From an uncultured Chloroflexia bacterium (lineage in GTDB: Bacteria > Chloroflexota > Anaerolineae > JAAYZQ01), in contig CAVVMX010000006.1 of NCBI GenBank assembly GCA_963749455.1, forward strand, positions 125,769-157,768: DNA of 32,000 nt, written 5' to 3'. Both the position numbers and the translations under genes were made by a program. Positions within the stretch are counted from its first letter, which is position 1. Each line of letters opens with the position of its first letter. Positions 1-8,834 of this stretch are shown in pieces. A model generated the notes under the pieces. The model searched no databases, was not told the origin of the DNA, and worked only from the letters and a program-made list of their open reading frames with translations.

Positions 1-766
1 GAGTTGCCGGGGTTGATCGGTGCGTCGGTCTGGATGATGTCGGGGATGGTATACGACCCTATGAGGGAGGTAGAGTCAACCGGCAGCGACCGGCCCAGGG
101 CGCTGACAAAGCCGACCGTCATCGTCCCTTCCAGGCCAAATGGGTTGCCGATGGCCACGGCGAGCTGCCCGACCTTGAGCCCGGTCGAATCGGCCACCTG
201 CACCGGATGCAACTGATCGGCCGGCACGTCGACCTTGATCACTGCCAGGTCGCTGTTCGGATCGGTGCCTACCACCTCGGCCGGGACGGTCGTGCCGTCG
301 TAGAAGGTGACGGTGATCTCGCTGGCGTCCGTCCACGACGTGGTTATTGGTCACGATGTGCCCCTCTGTGTCCCACACAAAGCCCGAGGCCAGACCCTGC
401 TTGCTGGGGTGTCTGTTCTGGCAGCGAGGGCATGCCGGGAAACGACGGCATCTCAAAACTCTGACTGCTGCTCTTTACGGTCATCTGGATATTGACCACC
501 GACGGGTTGACCTGATCGTAGATCTGCGTCAGCGTGTTCTGCAGCACATCCAGTACATCACCGGCGTCTAGCTGCTGCCCGGCTGCTGACACCTGCCTGA
601 CCTCTGATACCTGAGTGGCCTGCGAGGTCGTTTCCTGGGCACTGGCCTCAGCCGCCGTCGGCTCGGCCAATACCCCCTTGAGATATTGGGACGGCTGACT
701 ACACCCGGCCAACATCAGGGCAGGAAGCAACAACAACACGACGACTAGAGCGAATTTACCTTTCAC
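1..766 (-). pseudogene. htrA: HtrA/DegP-family trypsin-like serine protease, N-terminal part (gene runs off the window start); frame broken twice
   Basis: GTG start at 766 with GGAG about 10 nt upstream. Lipoprotein-like signal MKGKFALVVVLLLLPALMLAGC. A second frame gives QGLASGFVWDTEGHIVTNNHVV (catalytic His region). A third frame gives TDASEITVTFYDG...AIGNPFGLEGTMTVGFVSALGR...IQTDAPINPGN, ending at the window edge inside the GNSGG Ser motif. Frame changes near ~400 and ~330. Confidence 0.85.
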
Positions 767-1100
767 TTTTGTTTTCTCCGTACTCTTGTTTTACATTTTC
801 TTGGGCCAATGAGCCCTGGCCTACATGGGTGAGAAACACCTCTTTCTCGTTCTCACCAATCCTACGTCTTGAATCCACCCCAGCACCTGCGGGGGGCTAG
901 CTCAGTCCCAATCAACTCTGCCTAGCTAACGACAACCGGTCGATCCCTCCTTCTACAAGATGTTTGCTACACTAACTGATCATGAGCATAGCACAAAGTT
1001 GTGCAGATCTTATGGAGAACCGGTGGAGATTTCGCGCAATTCTCCTGGGGACCCTGCATCCGGTTGGACAGCACCAAGGAAACCTCAAGATGGAAGTGTT

Positions 1101-1129
1101 TTGACATTTCTCCGGCGCTATGCTACACT
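1101..1129 (+). promoter_or_regulatory. sigma-70-type promoter candidate for the riboswitch/ECF operon
   Basis: TTGACA (1101-1106), 17-nt spacer, TACACT (1124-1129) preceded by TGC (extended -10-like TGCTACACT). Sits about 28 nt upstream of the aptamer P1. Confidence 0.4.
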
Positions 1130-1156
1130 GTCGATAACTTAACAACCGAGCTTGCA

Positions 1157-1291
1157 GCATCTTCGAGCCTCGCCGCCTAAAGGCCTGCGCCCCTTGTCAG
1201 TGTTAGCAAGGGAACAGGGCAGGCCCATGGTACGAGGCCGGTAGGGTATCGCTGGAAACGGCGATGCCTCCCATGCTTGGAAAGGAGATGC
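1157..1291 (+). promoter_or_regulatory. candidate molybdenum/tungsten cofactor (Moco/Tuco) riboswitch aptamer
   Basis: P1 GCAUCUUC (1157-1164) pairs with GGAGAUGC (1284-1291). GAGCCUCG follows the P1 5' strand, and GCCUCCC (1266-1272) plus GGAAAGGAG (1279-1287) match my recollection of the conserved Moco motif cores. Internal helices: GCCUCG 1167-1172/CGAGGC 1233-1238; GCCUGC 1183-1188/GCAGGC 1219-1224 enclosing CCCUUG 1191-1196/CAAGGG 1207-1212; AUCGCU 1248-1253/GGCGAU 1260-1265. Genomic context is Mo/W-related. Confidence 0.6.
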
Positions 1292-1311
1292 GCCGATCAG
1301 GACCGTGGGCG

Positions 1312-1335
1312 CGGCGTCTCCAAGACGCCGTTTTT
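1312..1335 (+). terminator. intrinsic terminator 1 (riboswitch expression platform)
   Basis: Stem CGGCGUC (1312-1318)/GACGCCG (1324-1330), 5-nt loop, then UUUUU (1331-1335). Its 5' strand GCGUCUCC (1314-1321) can pair instead with the P1 3' strand GGAGAUGC (1284-1291). Confidence 0.6.
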
Positions 1336-1392
1336 CTTGCCCCGACAGGCCTGCCCGTGGAGATCCCCTTTTGGGATGAGTGTCACCGGCAG

Positions 1393-1428
1393 AAACGGCG
1401 TCTCCCTTCCGAGACGCCGTTTTTATTT
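1393..1428 (+). terminator. intrinsic terminator 2 (second, longer copy of the same hairpin)
   Basis: 12-bp stem AAACGGCGUCUC (1393-1404)/GAGACGCCGUUU (1411-1422), loop CCUUCC, U-run UUUUUAUUU. Located 20 nt upstream of the S-component ATG. Confidence 0.65.
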
Positions 1429-1447
1429 GTGCCCGAGGGGGAGCTGG

Positions 1448-2022
1448 ATGGGGCAGAGACGCACCTACTTTTCTACTCGCGACCTGTTGATGATGGCCGC
1501 GCTGGCCGCCTTGGGTGGGGTGGTCAGTACCTATATCAACGCCATCGGCGACTTCTTCCAGTCGATCTTGGGCTTTGCCGGGACCACCCAGTGGGCGGCC
1601 GGCCTGCACGTGTTGTGGCTCACCCTGGCCGTGGGGCTGACCCGCAAGCAGGGGGCCGGGACCGTCACCGGCATCCTGAAGGGCGGCGTCGAGCTGCTCA
1701 CCGGCAATACCCACGGCCTGCTGATCGTGCTGGTCGACGTGGTGGCCGGGCTGCTGGTCGACCTGGGCTTTCTTCCCTTCAGGAACAAGGACTCGCTGCC
1801 CGCCTACTGCCTGGCCGGCGGGCTGGCTTCGGCCTCCAACGTCTTTGTCTTTCAGCTCTTCGCCTCGCTGCCCGCCGACACGCTGGCCTACGGGGTGATG
1901 CTGCTGGTGGGAGGCGTCGCCTTTCTGTCGGGCGTCGTCTTTGCCGGGGTCCTGGGCTGGGTCGCTGCTCAATGCTCTGCGCCGGGCCGGGGTGGTCAAA
2001 GATCGCTCGCCGGTCCCCATGA
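1448..2022 (+). pseudogene. ECF transporter S (substrate-capture) component, frame-shifted near ~1960; C-terminal boundary uncertain
   Basis: ATG 1448 preceded by GAGGGGGA. MGQRRTYFSTRDLLMMAALAALGGVVSTYINAIG... with 5-6 hydrophobic helices. After the frame change it reads GSLLNALRRAGVV, which parallels LTLAALRKAGFF of the second S component at 30478. A TGA at 2020-2022 overlaps the next ATG (ATGA) but lies in a third frame, so the gene is either fused to the next one or carries a second indel. Confidence 0.7.
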
Positions 2023-2812
2023 GCCGCCGGGTGTACCCCATCTTCCTGGTCGTCGCCGTGCTGCTCACCGTGGCTCTGACCCTCTATCTGCGTGTGGCCC
2101 TGCGCGGCCCGGCGACCGTCCACATCGGCGGCGCAGTGGCGGCCGCCTACGACTATCCCAAGGAGCATGGCGACATCGCCGCGATCACGCGCCGAAGGCA
2201 CTCTGCGCGAGGTGACCGGCCGCTACAACGGCATCCCGGTGCAGGAGCTGCTCGCCCGCGCCCAGCCCCAGGCCGGCGCCTCGCTGCTCCTCGTCCGGGG
2301 CTCTGACGGCTATGCCTTCTTTATCAGCATGGACGAGGTGCGCGACAACAGCGGCCTGCTGCTCTCCCCGCAGGGGCAAGGCGACGACGCGGCCTACAAC
2401 CTCGTCGGCGCCAAGAACTCCAAGGCCTGGGTGCGAGGCGTGAGTGAGCTGGTCGTCGTCGGCTCGGCGACGCTCGAGGTGAGCGGCGCGCTGGACAAGC
2501 CTGTCGCTCTACGATCCTGACGACTGGCAGTTCGAGATGGACAGCACCCGCCTGGACGTGGGCGACGGCCCGCACAAGTACCAGGGCGTGCCCCTGGGCC
2601 AGGTGCTCCAGGCGATGGAACCACAGGCCGGGGCGACGACGGTGGTGGTCTACACCGGCGGCGAGCCGGTGTCGCACCCCTTGGCCGAAGTGCTGGGCGA
2701 CAACGACCTGCGCCTCTTTACGATCATCGGCGAGTCGGACGTGACCTTTGCCCTGGCCCGCATGGACGGCCAGGTGCTTGCCGCCCGAGTGACGCGCATC
2801 GAGGTCCGCTAG
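2019..2812 (+). pseudogene. membrane-anchored protein with two extracytoplasmic molybdopterin-oxidoreductase-like domains (ECF accessory candidate); frame-shifted
   Basis: N-terminal TM MSRRVYPIFLVVAVLLTVALTLYL. Domain 1: TLREVTGRYNGIPVQELLARAQPQAGASLLLVRGSDGYAFF...WVRGVSELVVVG. Domain 2: WQFEMDSTRLDVGDGPHKYQGVPLGQVLQAM...ARVTRIEVR. Frame changes near ~2190 and ~2509. Confidence 0.6.
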
Positions 2813-2818
2813 CCGCAG

Positions 2819-4318
2819 ATGATCGCCATCGAGGGGTTGAGCTTCCGCTTCCAGGGCAGCCACCGCTATGCCCTGCGCGACGTGAACCTGACGATCCAGG
2901 CCGGCGAGTTCCTGGTCATCACCGGGCCGTCGGGCTGCGGCAAGTCCACCCTGGCGCTGGCCATCGGCGGCTATCTGTTCCGGCAGTACGACGGTGAGGC
3001 CGAGGGCACTGTGACCGTGGCCGGGATCGACGTGCGCCGCCAGCCGATCTACGACGTGGCCGAGATGGTCGGGCTGGTGCAGCAGAACCCGGAGGCCCAG
3101 TTCTGCACCCTCACCGTGCAGGACGAGGTGGCCTTTGGCCTGGAGAACCGCTGCCTGCCCCCCGCCGAGATCCGGGAGCGGGTCGCCTGGGCGCTGGGCA
3201 TCGTCGGCGCGGAGCACCTGGCCGACCGCTCTCTGGCTACCCTGTCCGGCGGAGAGAAGCAGAAGGTGGCCATCGCGGCGATGATGGCCGCCAGGCCGCA
3301 GGTGCTCATCTTTGACGAGCCGACCTCCAACCTGGACCCGACGGCGACGGCCGAGGTGTTCAGGGTGATCGAGCAGATCCGGGCCGAGGCCGGCATCACC
3401 GTCGTCGTCATCGAGCACAAGGTGGACTATTTGCTGCCGTTTGCGCCGCGCCTGGTGGCGATGGACGGCGGGCGGATCGTCTACGATGGGCCGCTGAACA
3501 CAGCTATCGGCCGTCAGCCGTCAGCCGCCAGCAACAAGGGCGCACGGCGCGCAACAGCTCCCACGGAGCGACGGGCGCAACACGCCCACAGGGTGCGCCC
3601 TGCGTTCGCGTCGAGGACCTGCACATCGGCTACGACGGCCAGCCGGTGCTGCCGGGCGTTTCCCTGGAGGTCTATTCCGGCGAATTCGTGGCGGTGATGG
3701 GCGACAACGGCTGCGGCAAGACCACCCTCCTGCTACAGCCTGCTGGGCCTGATCAAGCCGGACCAGGGCCGGGTCGAGGTCCTGGGCCAGGACACCCGCC
3801 AGGTGCCGGTCTCGCACCTGGCCCGCCAGGTGGGGTTTGTCTTTCAGAACCCGGACCACCAGCTCTTCGCCGACAGCGTCTGGGACGAGGCCACGTTCGC
3901 CTCCTCCAACTTTCAGACTGCTTGACGGCGCGACCGAGGCGCGGGTGGGCGAGCTCCTGGCGCGCTGTGGGCTGGGCGACCGTCGCGATGACCATCCCTA
4001 CCGGCTCAGCTACGGCGAAAAGCGCCGCCTGAACCTGATCTCGGTGCTGGCCCATGGCCCCAAGCTCGATCCTGCTGGACGAGCTGCTCATCGGCCAGGA
4101 CGCCGGCAACGCCGCCTTTCTCCTGGACCTGCTGCGCGAGCGGGTGGAGCAGGGCGACGTGGTGATCATGGTCAACCACGCCCCCGAGGTCACGCGCTCG
4201 CTACGCCAGCCGGCTGATCTTCTTGGACGGCGGCCGGGTCGCCGTCGACGCGCCGCCCGAGCTTGCCTTTGAGCAGTTGGCGGCGATGGGCAGAGAGGCC
4301 TATGTCCCCCATGCGTAG
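2819..4318 (+). pseudogene. ECF transporter duplicated ATPase (EcfA1-EcfA2 fusion type), at least 5 frame changes
   Basis: Domain 1 is intact: GPSGCGKST (Walker A), LSGGEKQKVAIA (signature), LIFDEPTSNLD (Walker B). Domain 2 reads across frames: GDNGCGKTTLL / YSLLGLIKPDQGRVEVLG...FVFQNPDHQLF / LSYGEKRRLNLISVLAHGPKL / ILLDELLIGQD...VIMVNHAPE / RYASRLIFLDGGRV...HA-stop at 4316-4318. Frame changes at ~3500-3600, ~3733, ~3915, ~4068 and ~4195. Confidence 0.9.
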
Positions 4319-5078
4319 CAGGGCGCAGCGCATCACCTATCAGCCCGGCCACTCGGTCCTCCACCGCCTGCACCCGCTGGTCAAGATGGCCTGGCTGCTC
4401 TTCGGGACCGTCCTGGTTTTTGTCGTCCGCAGCCCGTGGGTGGTCTTGGCTGCGGTGGCCCTGTTGGTGCTGGCTTTTCCCCTGGCCGGGCTGCGCCTGG
4501 GCCGCGTGCGCGGGACGCGGCTGTTCGTCACTACCGCCCTGCTGCTGGGGCTGCTGCAGATCCTCTTTGTCCACGAAGGGGAGACGCTCTTGCAGATCGG
4601 GCCGCTGGCCATCACCGTGGGTGGGCTGCAGGCCGCGGTCTATGTCGCCGGGCGCTTCCTGAGCGTCATCCTGCTGAGCTACCTCTTTGTCCTGACCACC
4701 GAGCCCAACGACCTGGCCTACGCGCTGATGCGCGCCGGCGTGCCCTACCGCTACGGCTTTGCCCTGATCACGGCCCTGCGCCTGGTGCCGGTCTTTGAGC
4801 AGGAAGGGCAGACCGTCTACCACGCCCAGCTGGCGCGCGGGGTGCAGTATGACGTCCGCAGCCCGCGCCGCTTTGTGACCCTGGCCCGCCAGTTCTTCCT
4901 GCCGCTGCTGGTCTCGGCGCTGGGCAAGGTGGATGCCCTGGCCGTGTCGATGGAAGGCCGCTGCTTTGGCAAGTACCCCACCCGCACCTTTCTGCGCGAG
5001 GTGCACGCCACCCGGCTGGATGGGCTGGCCCTTGGCCTGCTGCTGGCCGCTGCTGTGGCTGCGGCTCTGATTGGATAG
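4311..5078 (+). CDS. ecfT: ECF transporter T (transmembrane, CbiQ-family) component
   Basis: Intact ORF. MRSRAQRITYQPGHSVLHRLHPLVK..., multi-TM, with the conserved ARG motif region LMRAGVPYRYGFALITALRLVP and AQLARGV. ATG 4311 overlaps the ATPase stop; ATG 4302 is an alternative start. Confidence 0.9.
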   Translation: MRSRAQRITYQPGHSVLHRLHPLVKMAWLLFGTVLVFVVRSPWVVLAAVALLVLAFPLAGLRLGRVRGTRLFVTTALLLGLLQILFVHEGETLLQIGPLAITVGGLQAAVYVAGRFLSVILLSYLFVLTTEPNDLAYALMRAGVPYRYGFALITALRLVPVFEQEGQTVYHAQLARGVQYDVRSPRRFVTLARQFFLPLLVSALGKVDALAVSMEGRCFGKYPTRTFLREVHATRLDGLALGLLLAAAVAAALIG

Positions 5079-5120
5079 ATCGTAGGGCAGCTTCGGAGGT
5101 GGCTGCCAGGAGGTTTGCGA

Positions 5121-6026
5121 ATGTCGATGGTGGCTGGTTCTGATCGTCGTGGTGGCGCTGATAGTGGGCGGCGCGGCTGTGGCGGTGGCCATGGGCGCCC
5201 GAGCCCTGGCGCCGGCGCGGGCGGTCCTTCACTTTCCGTGGACCATGCTGGCCGACGAGGCAGCGACGATGAACGACTGCGTCGAATGCCACGAGCCGGA
5301 CAAGTTCCATAGCTGCGCCACCTGCCACGACGAGCACGGCTCGGCCGAGATGGCCAAGGTGCCCTTTAACCAGTTGGTGCTGCTGGCCGGCGATCTGCCC
5401 GAGCCGGGCTATATCGCGGTCAACGACATCCTGCCCTACCGCGACCAGCCCGGCACCCAGGTGGCCCTGCTCGACCTGTCTGGCAGAGCAGGGCGTGACC
5501 GATTTCGAGCGCGTGACCCTGGCCTCCAGCGACGGCGGCGTTGTGACGATCGAGCAGCCCAACCTGACCCAGTCGGCCCTGCTCATGCCCCACGTCGACG
5601 GGATGCGCTTTGCCGACGAGAGCCTGCACGTCTCCACCTGGCTGAAGGGCATCTCGCGCATCGTCGTCGTCGGCGTGGACAAGCCGCTGACCATCGACGG
5701 CCAGTCCACCTCCATCGGGCGGCTCCTGCTGCGGGCCACCCGCTCGGCCATCACCGGGCAGACCGAGGTGATGTTCAAGAGCGAGGACGACGGGCAGGTC
5801 CGCAAGGCCAAGACGGCCTCGCGCATCGAGGGCGCGCCGATAGAGGACCTGGTCGGGTTTTAACGCGATCCTGGTGCGCGATGCCCAGGGACAGGAGCAC
5901 GCCCTATCTGCCGACGAGGCTGAGGGGGCGATCCTGGCCCAGATCGATGGGCGGATTGTCCTGGTCCTGCCGGGGCGAGGGCAGCCGCAGTGGATTCTTG
6001 ACGTCGTCGAGATTACCTCTCGCTGA
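5121..6026 (+). pseudogene. membrane-anchored dihaem c-type cytochrome fused to two molybdopterin-oxidoreductase-like domains; frame-shifted
   Basis: AGGAGG lies 7 nt before ATG 5121. TM segment LVLIVVVALIVGGAAVAVAMG. Two CXXCH motifs (CVECH, CATCH) within NDCVECHEPDKFHSCATCHDEHGS. Then ...ALLDLLAEQGVTDFERVTLASSDGG...WLKGISRIVVVG and a second domain ending WILDVVEITSR-stop at 6024-6026. Frame changes near ~5130, ~5479 and ~5861 (a TTTT run). Confidence 0.65.
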
Positions 6027-6052
6027 CAGAGTAGGCCCGATTGAGGGAAATC

Positions 6053-7227
6053 ATGCTCAAGCGACAGATTCAGAGGACGAGGGCTGCTGATCATAGCCCT
6101 GGCGCTGCTGGCCGTGGCCCTGGTGCTGCTGGTCGCCCTGGTAGTCTTGGGGCGGTCCTGGCAGGCCGAGGTCATCGGGCCGGATGGCGTTCCCTTTCCG
6201 GTGGATGCCAAGGTCCTGGAAAGCCTGGACGACCCGGACGAGGAGGACCTGGGGGTCCCCGTGGACCAGCTACTGTGGGCAGCCGGGCTACCAGGCCGTC
6301 GAGCGGGTGATCGCGACCGGCCCTGACGGAACGCGCCGCGAGTTCGAGTGGCCCGCCGTGGCCGACGATGCCTGGTGGCTGGAAAACGGCAAGCTGTCTA
6401 TCGCCGGGGAGACGTTCGCCGTCTCCCGCCTGGAGGCCGAGCCGTCGCCTCTGCTCGGCCAGGTCCAGGCCCGCATCACCGACATTGCGCCGACGGCCGC
6501 GGCTGCCCTGGGGCTGCCGGCCCTGGCCCAGGCCACCGGACAGCCGCTGCAAGACCTCTCGGCCCGCCACGTGCTGATCCTGCTGCTGGACGGCCTGGGC
6601 TACCAGCACTACGTCGAGGCCCGGCAGGAGGGGCTGACTCCCAATCTGGCCGCCCTCGGCGAGCCGCTGCTGGGCCTGACCACCTACCCGCCCGTCACCA
6701 GCGTCTCGATGGCCTCGCTCCTGACCGGCGCGCCGCCGCAGGTGCACGGCGCTTGTCGCCGTGGCATACGCCAGACCGAGGCCGAGACCCTCTTTGATGC
6801 GGCCAGCGCCGCCGGCCTGTACGTCGTGGCCGTCGAAGGCGAGTCGCTGCCCTTCAACCTGCGCAACGCCGAGATCCGGCTCTCGGGCGACCGGGATGGG
6901 AACGGCAGCACCGACGACAATGTCCTGGCCAACGCCCTGGCCGCGCTGGATGCGGGGATGCCGGACCTGCTGTACGTCCATTTTCACGGCATCGACGACG
7001 CCGAGCACACCTACGGCCCCGGCGCCCCGGAGGAATTGGCGGCCGTCCGCGAGGTGGACTCGGCCGTCGGCCAGATAATCGAAGCGCTTCCAGAGGACAC
7101 ACTGATCCTTATCCTGGCCGACCATGGCCAGCACCTGGTCGAAGCGGATGAAGAAGGGAGGGTTGGCAATCACGGATCTCTGATCGAGTCAGATATGTTC
7201 ATTCCCATCTGGGTCGTAAAAAAGTAG
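6053..7227 (+). pseudogene. membrane-anchored alkaline-phosphatase-superfamily protein (type I phosphodiesterase/nucleotide pyrophosphatase type) with an N-terminal extracytoplasmic domain; frame-shifted
   Basis: GAGGGA lies 5 nt before ATG 6053. TM LLIIALALLAVALVLLVALVVL. NPP-type motifs: LLLDGLGYQHY, TTYPPVTSVSMASLLTGAPPQVHG (nucleophile Thr region), HFHGIDDAEHTYGP, LILADHGQ. Frame changes near ~6080 and ~6283. Confidence 0.75.
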
Positions 7228-7253
7228 ACCAATCGCCAAAAAAGGAGGAGGCT

Positions 7254-8104
7254 ATGTTGAGAAAAGCTGGTATGATTCTAGTGTTGCTCACGCTCGTGAG
7301 CCTGGTCGGCTGTGGCAGCTCGGCTCCGAAAGTGGACTGGACGCTCAAGGTCGGCGGCGCGGTGAGCTCGCCGCTGTCTGTGACCTTTGCCGATCTGGCC
7401 AAGATGCCCCAGACCGATCTGAAGGACATCCTCATGGAGAAAGTCGCGGGGCGAGGATACTACCGGCTCCTGGAGCGGCGTGCTGTTGACCGATCTCCTG
7501 ACCAAGGCCGGCGCCGGGGAGTATGCCACCATCACCGCCGTAGCCGGCGACGGCTATGCCATCGAGGTCAACAAGGACGAGCTGGAGAACGCCATCGTCG
7601 CTCTGAAAGAGAACGGCAAGTGGATCGCCGAGACCGACCCGGATCACGGCCCCATCCGCCTGGTCACCCCCAAGACCCCGGCCAACCGCTGGGTGTTCCA
7701 GCTCCAGGAGATCCAGGTCAACCAGGAGGGCGGCAGCGGCGTCCCGGCCAACGCCGCGCTCAAGGTCACCGGCAACGTAAAGGTCGAGGTCGGCTGGACC
7801 GAGGAGAAGGTCCGCTCCATGGACACCATCCAGGCCGAGTCCACCAACAAGCAGGGCGAGACCAAGACCTACACCGGCGTCCTGCATCAGCGACCTGCTG
7901 GGCAAGGCCGATCCCAAGGACGACGCGACGACGCTGGTCTTTGTCGCCGACGATGGCTTTACCGCCGAGGTGCCCCTGGCCGATGTCGAGGCGTGCCAGG
8001 ACTGCATCGTCTCGTTCCGCGACGGGGGCGGCTTTAGCACGGTCCTGCCCGGCTTTGCCAGCGGCGTCCAGGTCAAGGGCGTGGTCGAGATCCAGGTCAA
8101 GTAA
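7254..8104 (+). pseudogene. lipoprotein with two molybdopterin-oxidoreductase-like domains; frame-shifted
   Basis: AAGGAGGAGG RBS. Lipobox LVSLVGCGS. VDWTLKVGGAVSSPLSVTFADLAKMPQ... GSWSGVLLTDLLTKAG...GPIRLVTPKTPANRWVFQLQEIQV. The second domain ends VLPGFASGVQVKGVVEIQVK. There is no Cys at the position of the Mo-ligand Cys. Frame changes near ~7448 and ~7888. Confidence 0.7.
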
Positions 8105-8131
8105 GAGGGAGGTCCAACTATCGACGAGTTT

Positions 8132-8834
8132 GTGCGTGGCCTGGCCGAGGCCTTTCGCCTGATCGGTACCCTCGACCCGGCTCTGCTCGAGATCGTGGCG
8201 CTGTCGCTGCGGGTGTCGGGCATAGCGCTGCTGATCAGTGCCCTCATCGGCATCCCCCTGGGTGCCCTGATGGGCCTGAGCCGCTTCCGTGGGCGCAAGC
8301 TGCTCATCGCCCTGCTCTACACCGGCATGGGCTTTCCGCCGGTGGTGGTCGGGCTGTTCGTCTACCTGATGCTGTCCCGCAGCGGTCCTTTCGGCCAGCT
8401 CAACTCGCCGCTCATCCCCGACGCTGTTCACCCCCGGGGCAATGGTTGTCGCCCAGACGATCATCTCCTTTCCCCTGGTGGCCGGCTTTACCATGGCTGC
8501 CGTGATGGGCGTCGATCCCTACCTCCGCCAGCAGGTCCAGGCGCTGGGCGCCACCCGCTGGCAGACCGTGCTGTCGGTGTTGGCCGAGGCCCGGATAGGG
8601 GTGATCGTGTCGATCATCGCCGGCTTTGGCAGCATCATCTCTGAGGTGGGCGCGGTGATGCTGGTCGGTGGCAACATCGAGGACTCGACCCGGGTGCTGA
8701 CCACCGCCATCGTGCTCGAGACCCGCCAGGGGGACTTTGACCTGGCGATGGCCCTGGGCGTCATCCTGCTGAGCATCTCCTTTCTGACCAACGTGGTGAT
8801 GCTCCGCTTGCAGGGGAGGACCTTCGACGAATGA
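8132..8834 (+). pseudogene. tupB: tungstate ABC transporter permease (TupB-like), one frame change near ~8425
   Basis: ...LLEIVALSLRVSGIALLISALIGIPLGALMG...then LFTPGAMVVAQTIISFPLVAGF...ALGATRWQT...MLVGGNIEDSTRVLTTAIVLETRQGDF. The SD GGAGG (8108-8112) is spaced for codon 8120 (ATC, sequence IDEFVRGLAEAF), so the true start may lie upstream of the GTG at 8132. Confidence 0.75.

Noticed and set aside
860-940. tRNA-like fragments (TTGAATCCACCCC...ACC and GGGGGCTAGCTCAGT)
   Set aside because: The order is wrong (the 3'-like piece precedes the 5'-like piece). No cloverleaf can be drawn, and the T-stem and anticodon arm are missing. At most these are degraded remnants, not a tRNA gene.
960-1142. 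60-aa + strand ORF in the htrA-riboswitch intergenic region
   Set aside because: It has no SD and no recognisable sequence features, and it overlaps the promoter candidate for the riboswitch.
1139-7173. Series of long minus-strand ORFs (1139-2068, 2324-3418, 3753-5192, 4768-5826, 6172-7173)
   Set aside because: All lie antisense to + strand genes with strong family motifs. Their translations are Arg/Gly/Pro-rich with no domain signatures, so they are high-GC shadow ORFs.
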